This document shows positions 36,583 to 50,310 of a DNA stretch of 64,000 bases, one piece after another (the first letter of the stretch is position 1; every line of letters begins with the position of its first letter). Origin of the DNA: Octopus sinensis (Eukaryota); the NCBI RefSeq assembly GCF_006345805.1, contig NC_043020.1, positions 19,530,001 to 19,594,000 of the forward strand, written 5' to 3'. The position numbers were made by a program, and so were the translations under genes. Below the pieces are notes generated by a model. The model was given only the letters and a program-made list of their open reading frames with translations, did no database searches and was not told where the DNA came from.

Positions 36583-36634
<52 letters not shown>

Positions 36635-36939
36635 TATATATATATAGGATCGAACCCTGGATCTTGCGATTGAGACGTGAACTTAACTATTTTACCATGC
36701 TGCACCTATAAAAATTGATTACATCTTACTCATTCATTAATGCCTTTAAGTGAGGAAGAAGCATAAAGAGAAATATTTCATGTTATATAAGTCCAGTCCA
36801 TGTCAGCATAGAAAACGGATGTGAAATGGTGATAATGAGGATGATATTTTGCTTAGGTTGAGGTTGGCCTGATCGAGATTAGAATCAAAGGTATTCCGAA
36901 CATGACCATTCCATCATATATCTTTTATTTTTTTTGTTT

Positions 36940-37250
36940 CAGCCATCAGACTGCAGTACTCAATTTTTAAAGCCTGACGCTTATTCAATCGGTTTTTTTT
37001 TTTTGCCGAACTACTTAGTTGCGGGGACGTAAACAGACTAGCACCGGTTGTCAGACAATGGGGTGGTGGACAAACACAAAGAACAGTTCGCACGCGCGCG
37101 CAACGAGCTTCTTTCAGTTTCCGTCTAATAACTCCACTCTTTGGTTGGACCGAGACTATAGTATGTCACTTGCCCAGGATGCCCCGCAGTTGAACTGAAC
37201 CCCTAACCCTATGGTTAGGAAGCAAGCTTCTTACCACACAGACACGTCTC
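36940..37250 (-). mobile_element. SINE family A (diverged)
   Basis: Reverse complement of the consensus. Confidence 0.75.
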
Positions 37251-38289
37251 CACCAGTAAAAAAATTATGTACCTCTGGTGAGGATCGAGATATTATTCAT
37301 ACATTTTTTTTAAGACGGTAGGATGTTATCTGAAAGAGATGTAGGTTGTCATTTACTAAATAAGAACTTGTTCATATGTAAAAGAGCTGTCCTTTGTTCC
37401 CTTACACCCGATTCTCCTTACCAGTTCAATCTATCCAATGAAGAAGGTAATGATGTACATGCACAAACTGAACATTTTAACAATCAAATCAAAACTACAG
37501 TCACAGAAAAGCAAATCCGGTTTGAAATAAAAAAAGATAAATTGGTTCGTCTGAAATGTAGTATAAATGAACGTAATAACCCACTTGTTTCTGCTCGTTA
37601 TTGTTAGATCTTTTCGTAAATAAAATAGAGACAAAAAAGGAGCGAAATATGGGAAGGAAATGAAAAGAAGTTCACAAAATGACGCAGTTATTTGTCCCAA
37701 CGTGAGAAAATAACATCAGCAACAAGAGTTTAATTCATAAGTTAAGTCGTAAGTTAAGAGCTTTGCGTATGCCTAATCGTCACTTTTTTTGTCTCTCCTT
37801 CTCTCTGCTTTGTTGGTCAAAGTTCGAAGTTTGAAACCAAAAAAAAAAAATAATAAGATATGTTATTCATTGTAATTTAACAAAATATATCAAAGTGTTA
37901 ATGGTTTAATCCTGTGGAAATTGAATGATAAAAGTGTGTACGACTGAAAGCGATTCAAACAAACACTACGAGGAAATGTACACACTCACACACACGTGAA
38001 TGTTATTGGCACACTCACACATGTACTCACACACACACAAGCAGACATTAGATTAGCTGGGTGTGTGTGAGTGAGAAAGAGACTGCAGGGTATGTGTCTA
38101 TGTGCACATTCCATTAGTGTTGGTATGTGTGGGAACTCAAATACAAAAAAATATTTTATCCTCAAGTTATAAATGAGTAAAAACATATTCCGTTTCGGAG
38201 GTGTCAGTCGCTTATTAAGCTTATTCGATTTATTTTTTGTTACTTTACGTTGTATATATATAAACAAGGAATGTATATATATTACTCGC

Positions 38290-38660
38290 GAATATTCCAA
38301 ATGATGTTGACATCAACTTTAAAGGCTTGCTCTCCATGTCACAGGTCCTCGACAAAAATTGCGCTTGCGTCACATCACAACACTAAGACAGAAAGTATTC
38401 TCTTTAACATCAGTCCAAGACAGATAAGAGAAGAAAAAGATCTCATAACATTCAAACAGTTCCTGTGTGAATTTCACCAAGAAATCCAAGATAAACCACC
38501 AACATTTGGATATATTTCTGCAAACAATAACTCTTTGGTCGAATTGGCTACGGTGCCCAAATTATGACTGTAACATAAAGCATGATTAAATGTCTTTTCC
38601 AGGTGGTGCTATTTAACTATGGCCTGGGCCAATTCGGGCCGAAACCTGTATTATATACAT
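38290..38660 (+). mobile_element. LINE 3' end (L2/Crack/CR1-like C-terminus plus 3' stem-loop)
   Basis: LFNISPRQIR..LITFKQFL.EF..EIQDKPPTFGYISANNNSL, followed by a GGCC-AATTCG-GGCC hairpin. Clade assignment is tentative. Confidence 0.6.
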
Positions 38661-39559
38661 GTAACAAGGGACGCTTCTTTATTTATTGGAAAATAATTTG
38701 TTATATTAATAGGAAAGGTGTTCACGTAATACAATTTTAATGGAAACAATCAGATGAAACAGCATGATATGACACGTACAGAAAGTCAACATCTGGATTA
38801 ATTTTACATATCAAATACATATTCAGGTGTCGTGGTGTGCCTTCTTCGATCATTCCAAGTTGAATATGCAGCTGTTAAAACAGCTATTAGGAGAGCATAC
38901 GCTAACTCGACTCGAGACACTTTGAATTTTTGGTACTCAATTTGGCTGTGTTTGTAAGCCTTGCTCATGGAAAGTTCTAGTCACGTGTAATCCTGTCAGA
39001 AGTAATGATAAGATAAGTATTGAGTTCACTGGAATCTTGTTATGGAACACAGTACGAGTAACGCTCGGAAACTACTGAAGAGTCTCGTGGAAACGTTTGG
39101 ATACAGAACGAACAAAAAAAAGTGGACGGATGGTAAAAAGCACTGAAGACACACTTTGTGTTGATGACTCAATTCTGGTATCAATTAACTGCTTATACCT
39201 TAAATCGAAGAGATGACCAAAATGGTGCAAGAAGTTAGCTCCGAGGATAGGATATGACAGGTTGGTGATGATGAATATCCATTTAAACTATCGCCTTTGA
39301 TTTAGGTCTAAAGTAAGACTTTTCTCAGTATGTAAGAATAGGCAAATGACTTACTGCTTACGGGGTAATAGAAATCGGTTTACGTGAGTCAGAAAGCAGG
39401 TTGACGGGTCAGATGCTACACACTGCTCCAGTATCAACAAATAATCGTTACTTGGAGATGAGGTCGAAGATGAAAAAAGCACGACAAAATGATGATTCGT
39501 CTAGAGATTTTGCCGTATTCAATCTCCGGCAATTTGGTATTCCTGACACAGCACAGGTG

Positions 39560-42180
39560 AATTAAAAGAGCAAGAAGGAATACATCTGCGTGCTTTTATG
39601 CTGAAACGACTTGATACCATCAGAAAGAAAAAATGGCCTCTCCGGGGACTGGAAGATCATCTTCTCGTATATCTACGCCTGCCGGATTTCACGCGCGGAG
39701 GGTATCTTGAAAACTCCAAACATTTTGTTTGCAAGATCCTGTATCTTCTCATCGGTCGATTTACGAAATAAAACTATCTCGAAAGATATCGATGAAGTAA
39801 GAAGTGATAGGGATGCCTTCGGACTGGTGGCTGTTTATGCTCCAACTGGAGCAGGACAGCCAGATTTCTTCAGACGTATGGAGGTTTTCCTGAGAACGTC
39901 CTGACCTTTAGTGTTAGTGGGCGACTGGAACGCCATCTTAGAGCCACGTTTGGACTGTGTAGGGCTAGCGAATAGAAGTGACGATGATAAAAGCCTCACA
40001 AACCTGCTCAGACATTTCCAACTGTCTGACAGGTGTGCCATGGACGAATCACTCTGGGTCATTCAGATCGTATCTAGACAGGGTATTCTGTAGTCCACTA
40101 GATAAAGATAATATATGTTGTCCACTTTTCAAACTGGCTGGCAACACAGATTACAAATTTGTGATCTGTAGAGTCGACCTAAATAGGCTTAGAAGGCAGG
40201 GACCCGGTTACTGGAAGCTGACCGCATCACTCCCGGCCTGCCAAGCTTACAGAGATCGGATTAGAGAATTGCTTAAGGGAACATTGTCGGTGATAATAGT
40301 CAACATAAAATAATGGTTTGCCCTGAAAAAAGCAACTAGAGTAGAATCAGTTAGGTTTAGTAAGGCATTAGTGATAGAAAGGAATAAAATAGAAAGGAAT
40401 TTAGTTAGAAACTTAGAAGAGGCACTAAGGAAAGGCATTGCAACTGACGTACTGGCCACGAGATTGGTCCTGAATTAATTCTTCAACGCTAATCATGAAG
40501 GCTGCATTGTCAGAGCTAAGGTGCGTGCTTTAAGACGAGGGAACGAAAGCCGCTCGATGACAGAGGCGCAACATTGCAACAAAGCCAAAATTCGGTCTTT
40601 AGTGGACCAAAATGGGTCCATAGTACTTGACCCCGAGCAGATGTATGCAGCATTTCAGCAGAACTTCGCCCAAATGTTTGGGACGAATGGCAGCCTAGAG
40701 TACAGGATGGACTTCAATGGCTACCTCGATGGCATGCCACGACTCTCAGAAAGAGGGTCGGAGTGTTGCGAAATGCCGACAACAGCCGCAGAAATATGGG
40801 ATGCGACGGCGAGTTGCACGGGTAGCAAATTGCCTGGTTTGGATGGTCTGCTCTATATGCTAGACTATCTACCGCAACTGGCAGCAGAACAGAATTCTCA
40901 GTTCTGCGAGTCGAGGAGCGGTGACACTGCCAAGAAAGGACCCAAACAAGGGAGATCGAATAGAAAACTTTAGGTCCATAACGCTGCTGAACGCAGACTT
41001 CAAAATTTATCCAAGGTGTTAGCAAAGAAGTTGGCGCTTGTCGTTGAGGAAGTGATTGGTGAATTGCAAACAAGCGCAATCCCAAGCAGATCCATTCACG
41101 ACAACCTCCACCTCATGCGATACATCATAGACAGGGTGGGAAAGGGACCTGGCATGGATTTGGATCAATCTAAAGCTTTCGATAGGCTACACATGGTACC
41201 TAGTTTCGGTCACGTTTTCCGTGGCTGGATCGCTGCAATGCACAGCGACATTTGCTCGGTAGTTCAGGTGAATGGTTACCTATCGGAACCATTCGACATC
41301 ATGCGTTCGGTCAGTCAAAGATGTCCCTTCTCGCCTCTTTTGTATGTACTGACTCTTGAGCCATTACAGCGGAAATTGGAGGCGTTGAGAGGCATCATGG
41401 GAGAACCGTGTCAGCATATGCAGATGATGTCACCGTCATAGTGCCCAACAGCAGGCACACAGACCTGATCGGCGCTTCTCTAAAAGAATACCAGGCGGTG
41501 ACAGGAGCAAAATTTAATCTAGAAAAGTCAATGGACCGGCAGCTCGGCACCTGGAGAGGCAAGTCCATGCCATCTAATAACGTCGTGGGACGCGCGAGCA
41601 TCGCTGACTTGTGGGTTTATGTCCGAACACCTGCTGTCACATGTAGAACGAATCCGGCTATCAACTGAGTTCACCGTAAAGATCGCCCCGCTGTCCTCTT
41701 TCGGTCGGGAAGAACAGTCAGTGTTTCTTTGTCTGGTGGCCTTAGCGAAAGAGGTTGTGTGATGGACCAGGTTGAAAGGGTTAAAGACAGACACTTTCTT
41801 CTTTGGTCAAGCCCTCATCAACTTTTTCAAGTTTCACTTGAAAAGGAAAGTGAGGGTAGAGAAGGAAGTGCTGCTCCCCAGCAATTTTGTTAAAAGGTGA
41901 GTGAATGTAGCGTGAATGGCCCGAGTGAACGAACCTACTCTAAGTATGCGTCTCTAGATCGAGAGTAGATGAAGTGGGGATGGCCTAGAGATCAGGACGA
42001 TTGTGGTTTTTGTGGGGTTTCCACGAGCAGCCCTTGGAAGCCTCCCTCCTATGAGTATTTATTTGTTATAATTTTATTATTACAGTTTTACACGATTAAA
42101 TCCCACTCTTTTTGTTAATTAGTTGTTCTGTGTGCTGTCCTCAATCTTTTATATATACCCTCAGTGGTGAATAAAGAAAA
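39560..42180 (+). mobile_element. Decayed Tx1/L1-clade LINE (APE plus RT)
   Basis: VAVYAPT, LVGDWNAIL, SYLDR, YWKL; ITLLNADFK, LDQSKAFDR, QRCPFSPLLYVL, SAYADDVT. Many stops and frameshifts. Ends at (ATT)n. Confidence 0.88.
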
Positions 42181-42181
42181 G

Positions 42182-42237
<56 letters not shown>
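42181..42237. repeat. (ATT)n microsatellite
   Basis: Direct inspection. Confidence 0.95.
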
Positions 42238-43260
42238 TAGCAATGCATCCCGGTGTTACCCGGATGTATGACCTATAGCCACATCGTATTATTTGTTCCT
42301 TTCTTAAGGGCAGAATCGGCACAGCTTATACATAGTGAACTGGATCACTGGCGTAATGGAAGTTATTGTTTGTTTCAAAGCGAAGAGATGAAGATACAAT
42401 TTGCATGAAAGTGCTTTCTGTTCCAAAGAAGGCTCACAAACTATGTGTTGCTTCATCGCATAAAGGAAAGTTAATACGATTTTGTCCAGAAATCACATTT
42501 TCAGAATTTTAATTTCACTCCGTTCCCATTGCAATTTCTTAATTTGTAACTTTTTTCGATTTTTTTTTATCCACGTAGAAAAATACAGAGATTAGGAATC
42601 TAGGAAATGTATATTTTTTTAAAGTTTAATTTTTTCTTAAAGAAACACTTTTCCCCATCTCACCCACACATCACCTACTCGCTTTCAAAAAGCTAAACTC
42701 TCCCAATGTTTCGCTTTTGTCTGATGTTTCACGTATGTATAGAATTGTACTGAAATAGCAGACGTAAAAAATACCAGACCACCACCAGAGAACCCAACAT
42801 GCTAGAAACAACAGGTAAACGACATTATTTCTGAAGAAACTTCCCCGCTTTCTAAACAGTTAAAAGTGGAACATTGGGAGTTTGTAGTTTTTTGAAAGTG
42901 GTGAGGTGATGGGTGGATGTTTGTGAAAGAGATTTTAGAGTTTATTTAAGAAAAAAGGAAGAAGAAAATTCTTAAAGATTTTTTTTCTCTCTCCGTGGAT
43001 TACAAAGAAAATTATTGGGAAAAAGTAAAAATTAAGAAAATGGGGCGGGGAAGGAGAAAATTGAGATATTGAGAACGTTTATGGGGAGCGCAAATGTCAC
43101 ATTGGACATGCTAAAAAAGACAGGATTTCTGGCAAAACTTCTTTTTAAGTTTATATCGAAGATCAGGTTTTTAAATACGCTCATCACAAACACAAATTAC
43201 TGAACAGAAAAAGCTAATTTCAATTAGATTTGAGTTGTAATTTTGGCGTGCATACAGCAT
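42236..43260. mobile_element. Possible Helentron/HINE-like non-autonomous element with internal inverted repeat
   Basis: Start ACTAGCAATGCATCCCGGTGTTACCCGG (terminal hairpin). Internal IR about 42570-42710 versus 42865-43000. A possible 3' end CTTTCTTTATTATAGTACAGAT lies near 44940-44961. Confidence 0.45.
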
Positions 43261-44010
43261 GAAATAACATAATTCGTACAGTTTTACCGAGTGTGTGTGT
43301 GTGCCAAAGAAAGTTATTTTATGGCATTCTTTCATTTGAAGCAGCATGATTGTTCGTTAATTTCCGTAATTTTTTTTTTTTTTTGTTACTTCTTTATGCT
43401 TTGAAGAGAGCAGAAATTGAAAGACAGGAAAAGTGGAAAAGTGACATTGGCTTTGAAGTGAGAGCAGAAAGTGAAAGGGCGGAGAACGTGAAAGATGTAT
43501 ATACGCCTATATGAAATGGATGTGTGTGTGTGTGTGTGTGTGTGTGCGTGCGTCCGTGTGCGTGAGAGAGAGAGACAGACAGACAGACAGAAAGTGAGTG
43601 AGTGAAGGTGTTTATTGTCATGTATGTATTTTTTGCATCTATGTGTAAGTGGCACTCATTCTCTCTCTCTCTCTCTCTCTCTATCCCCTCTCTCTCACTC
43701 TCACATACACATGATCTTTCATATATACGTACATAAATACATATGAATACATTGTATGTATGTGTGCGTGTGTGTGTGTGCATGTGAGAGAGATAGAGAG
43801 AATGAGTGACTGTATTTCTTCATAACATAAAGAAATGGATGTCTTTTAATGAAATTTTGGGGGTTGTGACTTTTTTTAAAACAATATTTATGTGTACATT
43901 TTCATAAATGTTTGTCTGAGTAGAATTCTACGCATGCGTGAAACGTCGGACGAAAGGGAAACATTAGCAGCAAATCGAAATATTGCCATTGTTGTGCCGA
44001 AAACATACTT

Positions 44011-44916
44011 TATTTGGTAGCCTTTATATTATTTATATCCCATATTTTTAAAAATTGAAATAAACAAAGTTCTTTTTCAATCTAAAATATACACACCTTC
44101 ATTTTCTACAATGCTCTTCCACCTATCGATAGACTTGCAAGGCCCCTCTTCTAAAATTCACTTGTCCGTAACGAAAAATACTTCACTACTGTTCCGACCT
44201 CGTCGAAAAATTCATATTTTTTTCGTCCAAACGATTTTGAAGACTGTGGAATAAATGATAAGCAGATAGGGCAATGTCTGGCGAATATGGTGCATGGGAC
44301 ATCGTTTCCCATTCAAACATTCCAGCCTTTGGAATGTCATCCTCGCTGTATGAGGCCGAACATTATCCTGATGGAAGAACACCTTTCGTCTTGAAACCAA
44401 AGATTGTCGTTTTTCTAGCGCTGACTTAAATGACTGGTGTAATTACCAAATCTAAGTTTCTCTGCTAGTTCCTCAACAGTTATGGTGTAATTTTTTTCCA
44501 CGGGTTTGCAGAACGTCCTTGTCGAGCTCTACAGATTTTCCAGGATGAGGCTCGTCTTCTAGGCTGTAGTTTCCGGCTCAGAATTTCTGGAACCACAGTT
44601 GAGACTGGTTTACGCTTATTGTCCAATCTCATATACTGCATTAATATTCCTCGCACTTTCCGTTGCGTTGTTGCCTTTATTGAATTCAGAAAGCAAAATA
44701 TGCGGAATATGCTCCTTCGTCACTTCCATTATAGCTTTGAAAAAAATAGCTGTTAAAATCGGACTGCACTCTTCAAAACTTGCACAAAAAAATAAGTGCA
44801 AGATAAAATTACTACCTGCTTTTATGGCAAGTTGATGCAGGTAGTTTATCCCGTACCCTTCCGTTTTTTAGTTCATGCAATTGAAAAACCTGCATTATTT
44901 AAGGGATGACCCAATA
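44011..44916 (-). mobile_element. Mariner element, decayed
   Basis: MEVTKEHIPHILLSEFNKGNNATESARNINAVY; FFHQDNVRPH..PYSPDIA motifs. TIR TATTGGGTCATCCCTTAAATAATGC ending at 44916, followed by TA. Confidence 0.88.
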
Positions 44917-45289
44917 TATAAAGATAGACGATAAGCAGCTTTCTTTATTATAGTACAGATGTGACTAATTCGGAGAAACATTACTTTCATTATTTACACA
45001 TCGTCATTCCTGTAATGCAACACTTTGTAATTTTGGTTAAAATGGAAAGTGTGAAACTATTTTCCATTTTTATGAACCCTGGTCGTTGTAGAGCACTGTC
45101 ATTCAAATAACTAAAGCTGGTTGTGGAGATAACGTAGAAAATATGTAAATGAAAATAAAGTTTTTTGGTAGCCGAAAGATTGCTGAATCTTTTGATACCG
45201 TATGCGTCAAAATCGTTAACTCAGTTTTTGAATGCATAAGGAACATACGCGCCGCGCGCGCACACACACAAAACTCTTTTTATATATAT

Positions 45290-45806
45290 ATATAAATTAT
45301 ATGTTTGGCTTTTACTTTGTATTTATACAAGTTGATTCCAAGTCTCACCCAAAGACCTCAAGAGACAAGTTAGAAGTTCAAGTTGGTGTTATGACTAGGG
45401 TGCCATATATTTGGTTTTGCACAGAGTATTGTTTTAGAGAATTCAAAACAAATAAATTAGAAGTTTCTTTTTTAAAAGTAATTTGATTCTAAGATGATAG
45501 TGTGGTACTAAGATGACAGTAAAAGGTGTTTACTGTTATGTACATTTAAAAGTAGTTTGACACTGTTTACAGATTAAAATATTTTGAGGATTACATAGAC
45601 AATATTTTACACAGGATATGGGTGGTTCCCATAAGCACTATTTTTTGAATTTCTTCCATTTTGGGATTTCCTGATATCTGAGCTAGGTAGCAATCAGCCC
45701 CTTTTGCTATCATTCCTAGGACACCTATGACAACAGGTATTGTTTTAGTCTTGAGGTTCCACATTTTGCCAATTTCTATTTCAAGATCTTTATACTTTCT
45801 CAGTTT
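45290..45806 (-). mobile_element. R4/Dong-type LINE 3' end
   Basis: KLRKYKDLEIEIGKMWNLKTKTIPVVIGVLG..IQKIVLMGTTHILCKILSM plus 3' UTR. 5' truncation abuts (TAA)n. Confidence 0.85.
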
Positions 45807-46302
45807 ATTATTATTATTATTATTATAGAGTGAGAGAGCAGTGCATGCCATCAAAGTGACACTGGGGTAAAATATGCGAAGCCCAGTATACCCATCATGA
45901 CTACCCGTCTGATAAGGGTACACTAGGCACATGCATCACAGCCATATGTGCGCGACATGGTGATCTCATATCAAGATAAACAGCACATGACCTTGCAGGT
46001 GGGGCCCAGTTAGAATTTTCTTCTGGTCGAGTAGCCCATCCCGCTCAAACGGTCCCTGAATAAGGGTTGTTTAAGGATGTTGAACGAAACACCCATGTTT
46101 TCAGAGGTGAAATATTCAAACCCCAAAGAATTCCTCTTAACACATGGCTATGATGCTCCCCCACTACTTCTGCTCATGATCAGAGGTGCACATATCGTCA
46201 GCCACTAAGGGACTTGCTCAACTGGTTATGGTCAAACAACTGACAAGCAAATCTGTAGTATTGAGTAGAATATTTGTTGTAGCCCATCTTTTATACCAAG
46301 AC

Positions 46303-46353
<51 letters not shown>

Positions 46354-46401
46354 CATCATCATCATCATCATCATCATCGTCATCATCATCATCATTATTA
46401 G

Positions 46402-46605
46402 AGCGGTGGGCTGGCAGAATCGTTAACATGCCGAGCAAAATACTTTGTGATATTTCGTCTGCCGTTACATTCTGTGTTCAAATTTCGCCGAGGTCGACTT
46501 TGCTGTTTATCCTTTCGATTAGATAAGTACCAGTTACGCACTGGGGTCGATGTAATCGACTTACCCCCTCCCCGAAAATTTCAGGCCTTGTGCCTATAAT
46601 AGAAA
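46402..46605 (+). mobile_element. SINE family B
   Basis: Head and body, flanked by (ATT/CAT)n. Confidence 0.85.
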
Positions 46606-46847
46606 GCATTATTATTATTATTATTATTATTATATTATTATTATTATTATTATTATTATCATCATCATTATGCATGTATGTATAACCACAATAACAGTAA
46701 TAATAATAAAAATAAGAAATTAAAAAATTAAAAATATAAAAATAAAATTTTTTTAAAAATGTATATAGTTATTTACTTCCATTTGTTTATTTATCTGTGT
46801 ATTTTATTTTATTATGTTTTCAGTTTTGTTTATATATATATATATAT

Positions 46848-46903
<56 letters not shown>

Positions 46904-47639
46904 TGTGTGAATGTAGCTTATGTATAAATTAACTAAACCTAAATAGCATGACTATAATACGTGGTGTTTGATCAGATTAAGGACGGATGAGAATTAATTC
47001 TGTAATGCAATTATTCCTATTGTTCCAGTCCCAAGTCGAATTCCAACTGTTGGCCAATTTGTCCCAAAGTTCTTATCTGGACGTAAAATTAACGAAGCGA
47101 ATGTCATTTATCTCCCCCTTGATCTCTGACGTCATCTGATAAACGCCAACTAAGATGGCGTGAATCAGCCAAGCAAGTGATCTTCACTTTCTGTTTTTCT
47201 CGTTCAACAACGTCACACCGTTTATCTTTTAACAAAATCTATACTACTATATATACACACACATATATATCTATATACCTGTGAATGTACATATAGATAT
47301 TACACAGCCACATACAATTAATATCCACAGCAGCCGTTTACCACAGTCTATTTTTAAAAGTAATGTATAACATATTTATTATGATTCGTTTATTATAACC
47401 ATGCCATGTAGTTTCTGTTTGATTTCATACCTAAACCATATCCCACACTCTCAGCACTACATAGATGTATAATTATATATACACACACACATTTGTGTTA
47501 CGTAATGAATTTCCTTTCTTTTATCCTTTCCTCTGTCCACTCACTAAAAAGTCTCACCAGGTTGTTTTCCTATCAATAGCCATGCAATTGTCATAATCTA
47601 CAATCATTTATCTTTACCTTGTATAGCTGACGACATACC

Positions 47640-48300
<661 letters not shown>

Positions 48301-50159
48301 CTCATTACTAAACGGGAAAATACAGTCTAATCACTGTTGTTATTTATGACTTCGCGTCACCGAAGACTGCTTCTTTGGATTCACTGCTTGTGATCGAAAT
48401 TCCTAACGAACGAATAACCTCCACTGCATTTTTCTGCGGCCCCTGTTCCGTTGTGTTTTTTATTATTATTTTATGTTTTACACTTATGAAAGAGTGTAAA
48501 CATCGTTAGACAAAGAGAATTATTATTTTTTTGTCGAAATAATTAAGAGGGTGCGATTAAGAGGTACTCCCTACCCTCTCCTATTACATTTGTTTATACA
48601 GCACGTAACAATTTAGATCCACCCTAGAAATAAACAAATATAAGAAAAATGTTCAAAAAGGAAGGGTGTGTGATTGTAATGTCTTCTCAGACTCCCATCC
48701 CTCCTTCAAAAACACATTCAGTTGTTGCAAACTAAATAATCCATTTTAATTAATTCTCTACACCTCTTCCTTCCATATTGTTTCTTTGAACAGTTGGTTT
48801 TTAGATTTTTGCACTTTTTTCTCTAGTATCCTAATTAATTACCCTCTCCATTTATTATTTCATTATTGTATTATTATATTCCAAAAGCGGTTTTCTTGTA
48901 ACATATTCGCCTTGTTTATTCCATATCACTTCTATCTTTCTACCGTGTATCGCCCTTTTATTTCGTTCGCCCGGATTATTTTTAGCTGAGAATGGATGGC
49001 TGGATTAACCGATTCGGTAGAGAAAGACAGACGCAAACACTTCTTCATATTTAGTTACAGCTTTCTACTTTCTGAGTTAAGTCTTTTTGGGGTCGACTTT
49101 GTCTTTTCTCCTGTCGAAGTCGATGGAGTGATATCAGATGGATTCGATATTGTCTTACTCTCTCTCAAAACTTTACCAATCCAGAGCTTGTTAAAAATTA
49201 TCATCATTTCTACCAACGGTGGAGTGACGAATTAAGTGCCTTTCGGAATTTAGTTCCTTTACATATGAGTTCGAATCCCATAGTAGTTGGTGAAATAAAC
49301 TACTAGTTAAGAACGACGGTGAATTTAATCAGTTCTATCAAGGTGTTCAGATTTCGGTGAAGGAGGCTGCCTTCCTTTCTGTGAATGTTTAGCTTCAATC
49401 TACTCAGTGTATGAGACTTGCCTTATACAAGAAAACATTGTTGAATCGTTAGAATGTCAAACAAAAACCTTGTTTTTGTTCTGACCCCACTATGGTCATC
49501 TTTACCTATCATCCTTTTAGGGTTAATATGATAATGTACCACCAAGCACTGGCATCGATCTAATCGACTTTCCCGCTCCCAACCCCGTCTTACGCAAGAC
49601 TAGACACTTTTTGCTTATATATAATTATATATATATATGTGTGTGTGTTCTTTCTACTTAATATCCTGCTATATTATATATAGTACACAGGAACAAGTGA
49701 TATAAAATTTATATTTATCGTAATTTCTATATTTTATGCATTTTAGAAATTATTATTGTGGCTGTAAGGCTAGCAGCAAAAAGTGGGAGAAGGCATTGAC
49801 GTTTTTTTGTTTTGTTTTGTTACTTCAGCATAGTCTGGAGTTGTATAGGTGCAGCCCCTCAATCGGAGAACGGTTTTCCTCTTAATTTCTTTTATACTGT
49901 TATGTTTATTAATGTCTTTGTTGGACCCACCCCCATTTACTCCATGTAAATCCCTATGTTATTTTATTTTTTACCAATCCCCTCTGCACTGACTCACATC
50001 TATTTTGTCCTATGTGGCTACTAAAAGAAATTAATTTTGCCTTCTATCCTCTCGGGGTCGATAAAATAGGTACCAGTTGAGTACTGTATTCGATTGTAAT
50101 TGACTTAACCCTTTCTCTTAAAAATTGCTATCCTTGTGCTAAAATTTTAAACCGTTATT

Positions 50160-50310
50160 ATTATTCGCACAAAAGGCGTAACTGCATTTCGTCTGTCTTA
50201 ACGTTTTGAGTTCAAATTTCGGCAGGGTCGATAAAATAAGTATGAACCGAGCACTGGGGTCGATGTAATTCACTGCCCTACCTCCTCCAAAAATTTTGTG
50301 TTTATAGTAC
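50160..50310 (+). mobile_element. SINE family B partial
   Basis: GAGTTCAAATTTC B box and body. Confidence 0.65.

Larger units (their letters stand above)
34099..36586. mobile_element. Second Penelope-like element as a fold-back: arms 34165-35294 and 35457-36586 (1130 bp each), spacer 162 bp
   Basis: ORFs 34455-35087(-) and 35664-36296(+) translate identically. Arm ends map to equal lengths. Both outer ends lie in (TA)n. Confidence 0.93.

Noticed and set aside
38625-38650. GGCC-AATTCG-GGCC-GAAAC resembling HHR stem II
   Set aside because: CUGANGA core absent. Better explained as a LINE 3' UTR stem-loop.
39075-39105. CTGAAGA-GTCTCGTG-GAAACGTT hammerhead-like string
   Set aside because: Stem II does not close and stem I is only 3 weak pairs. 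Not supportable.
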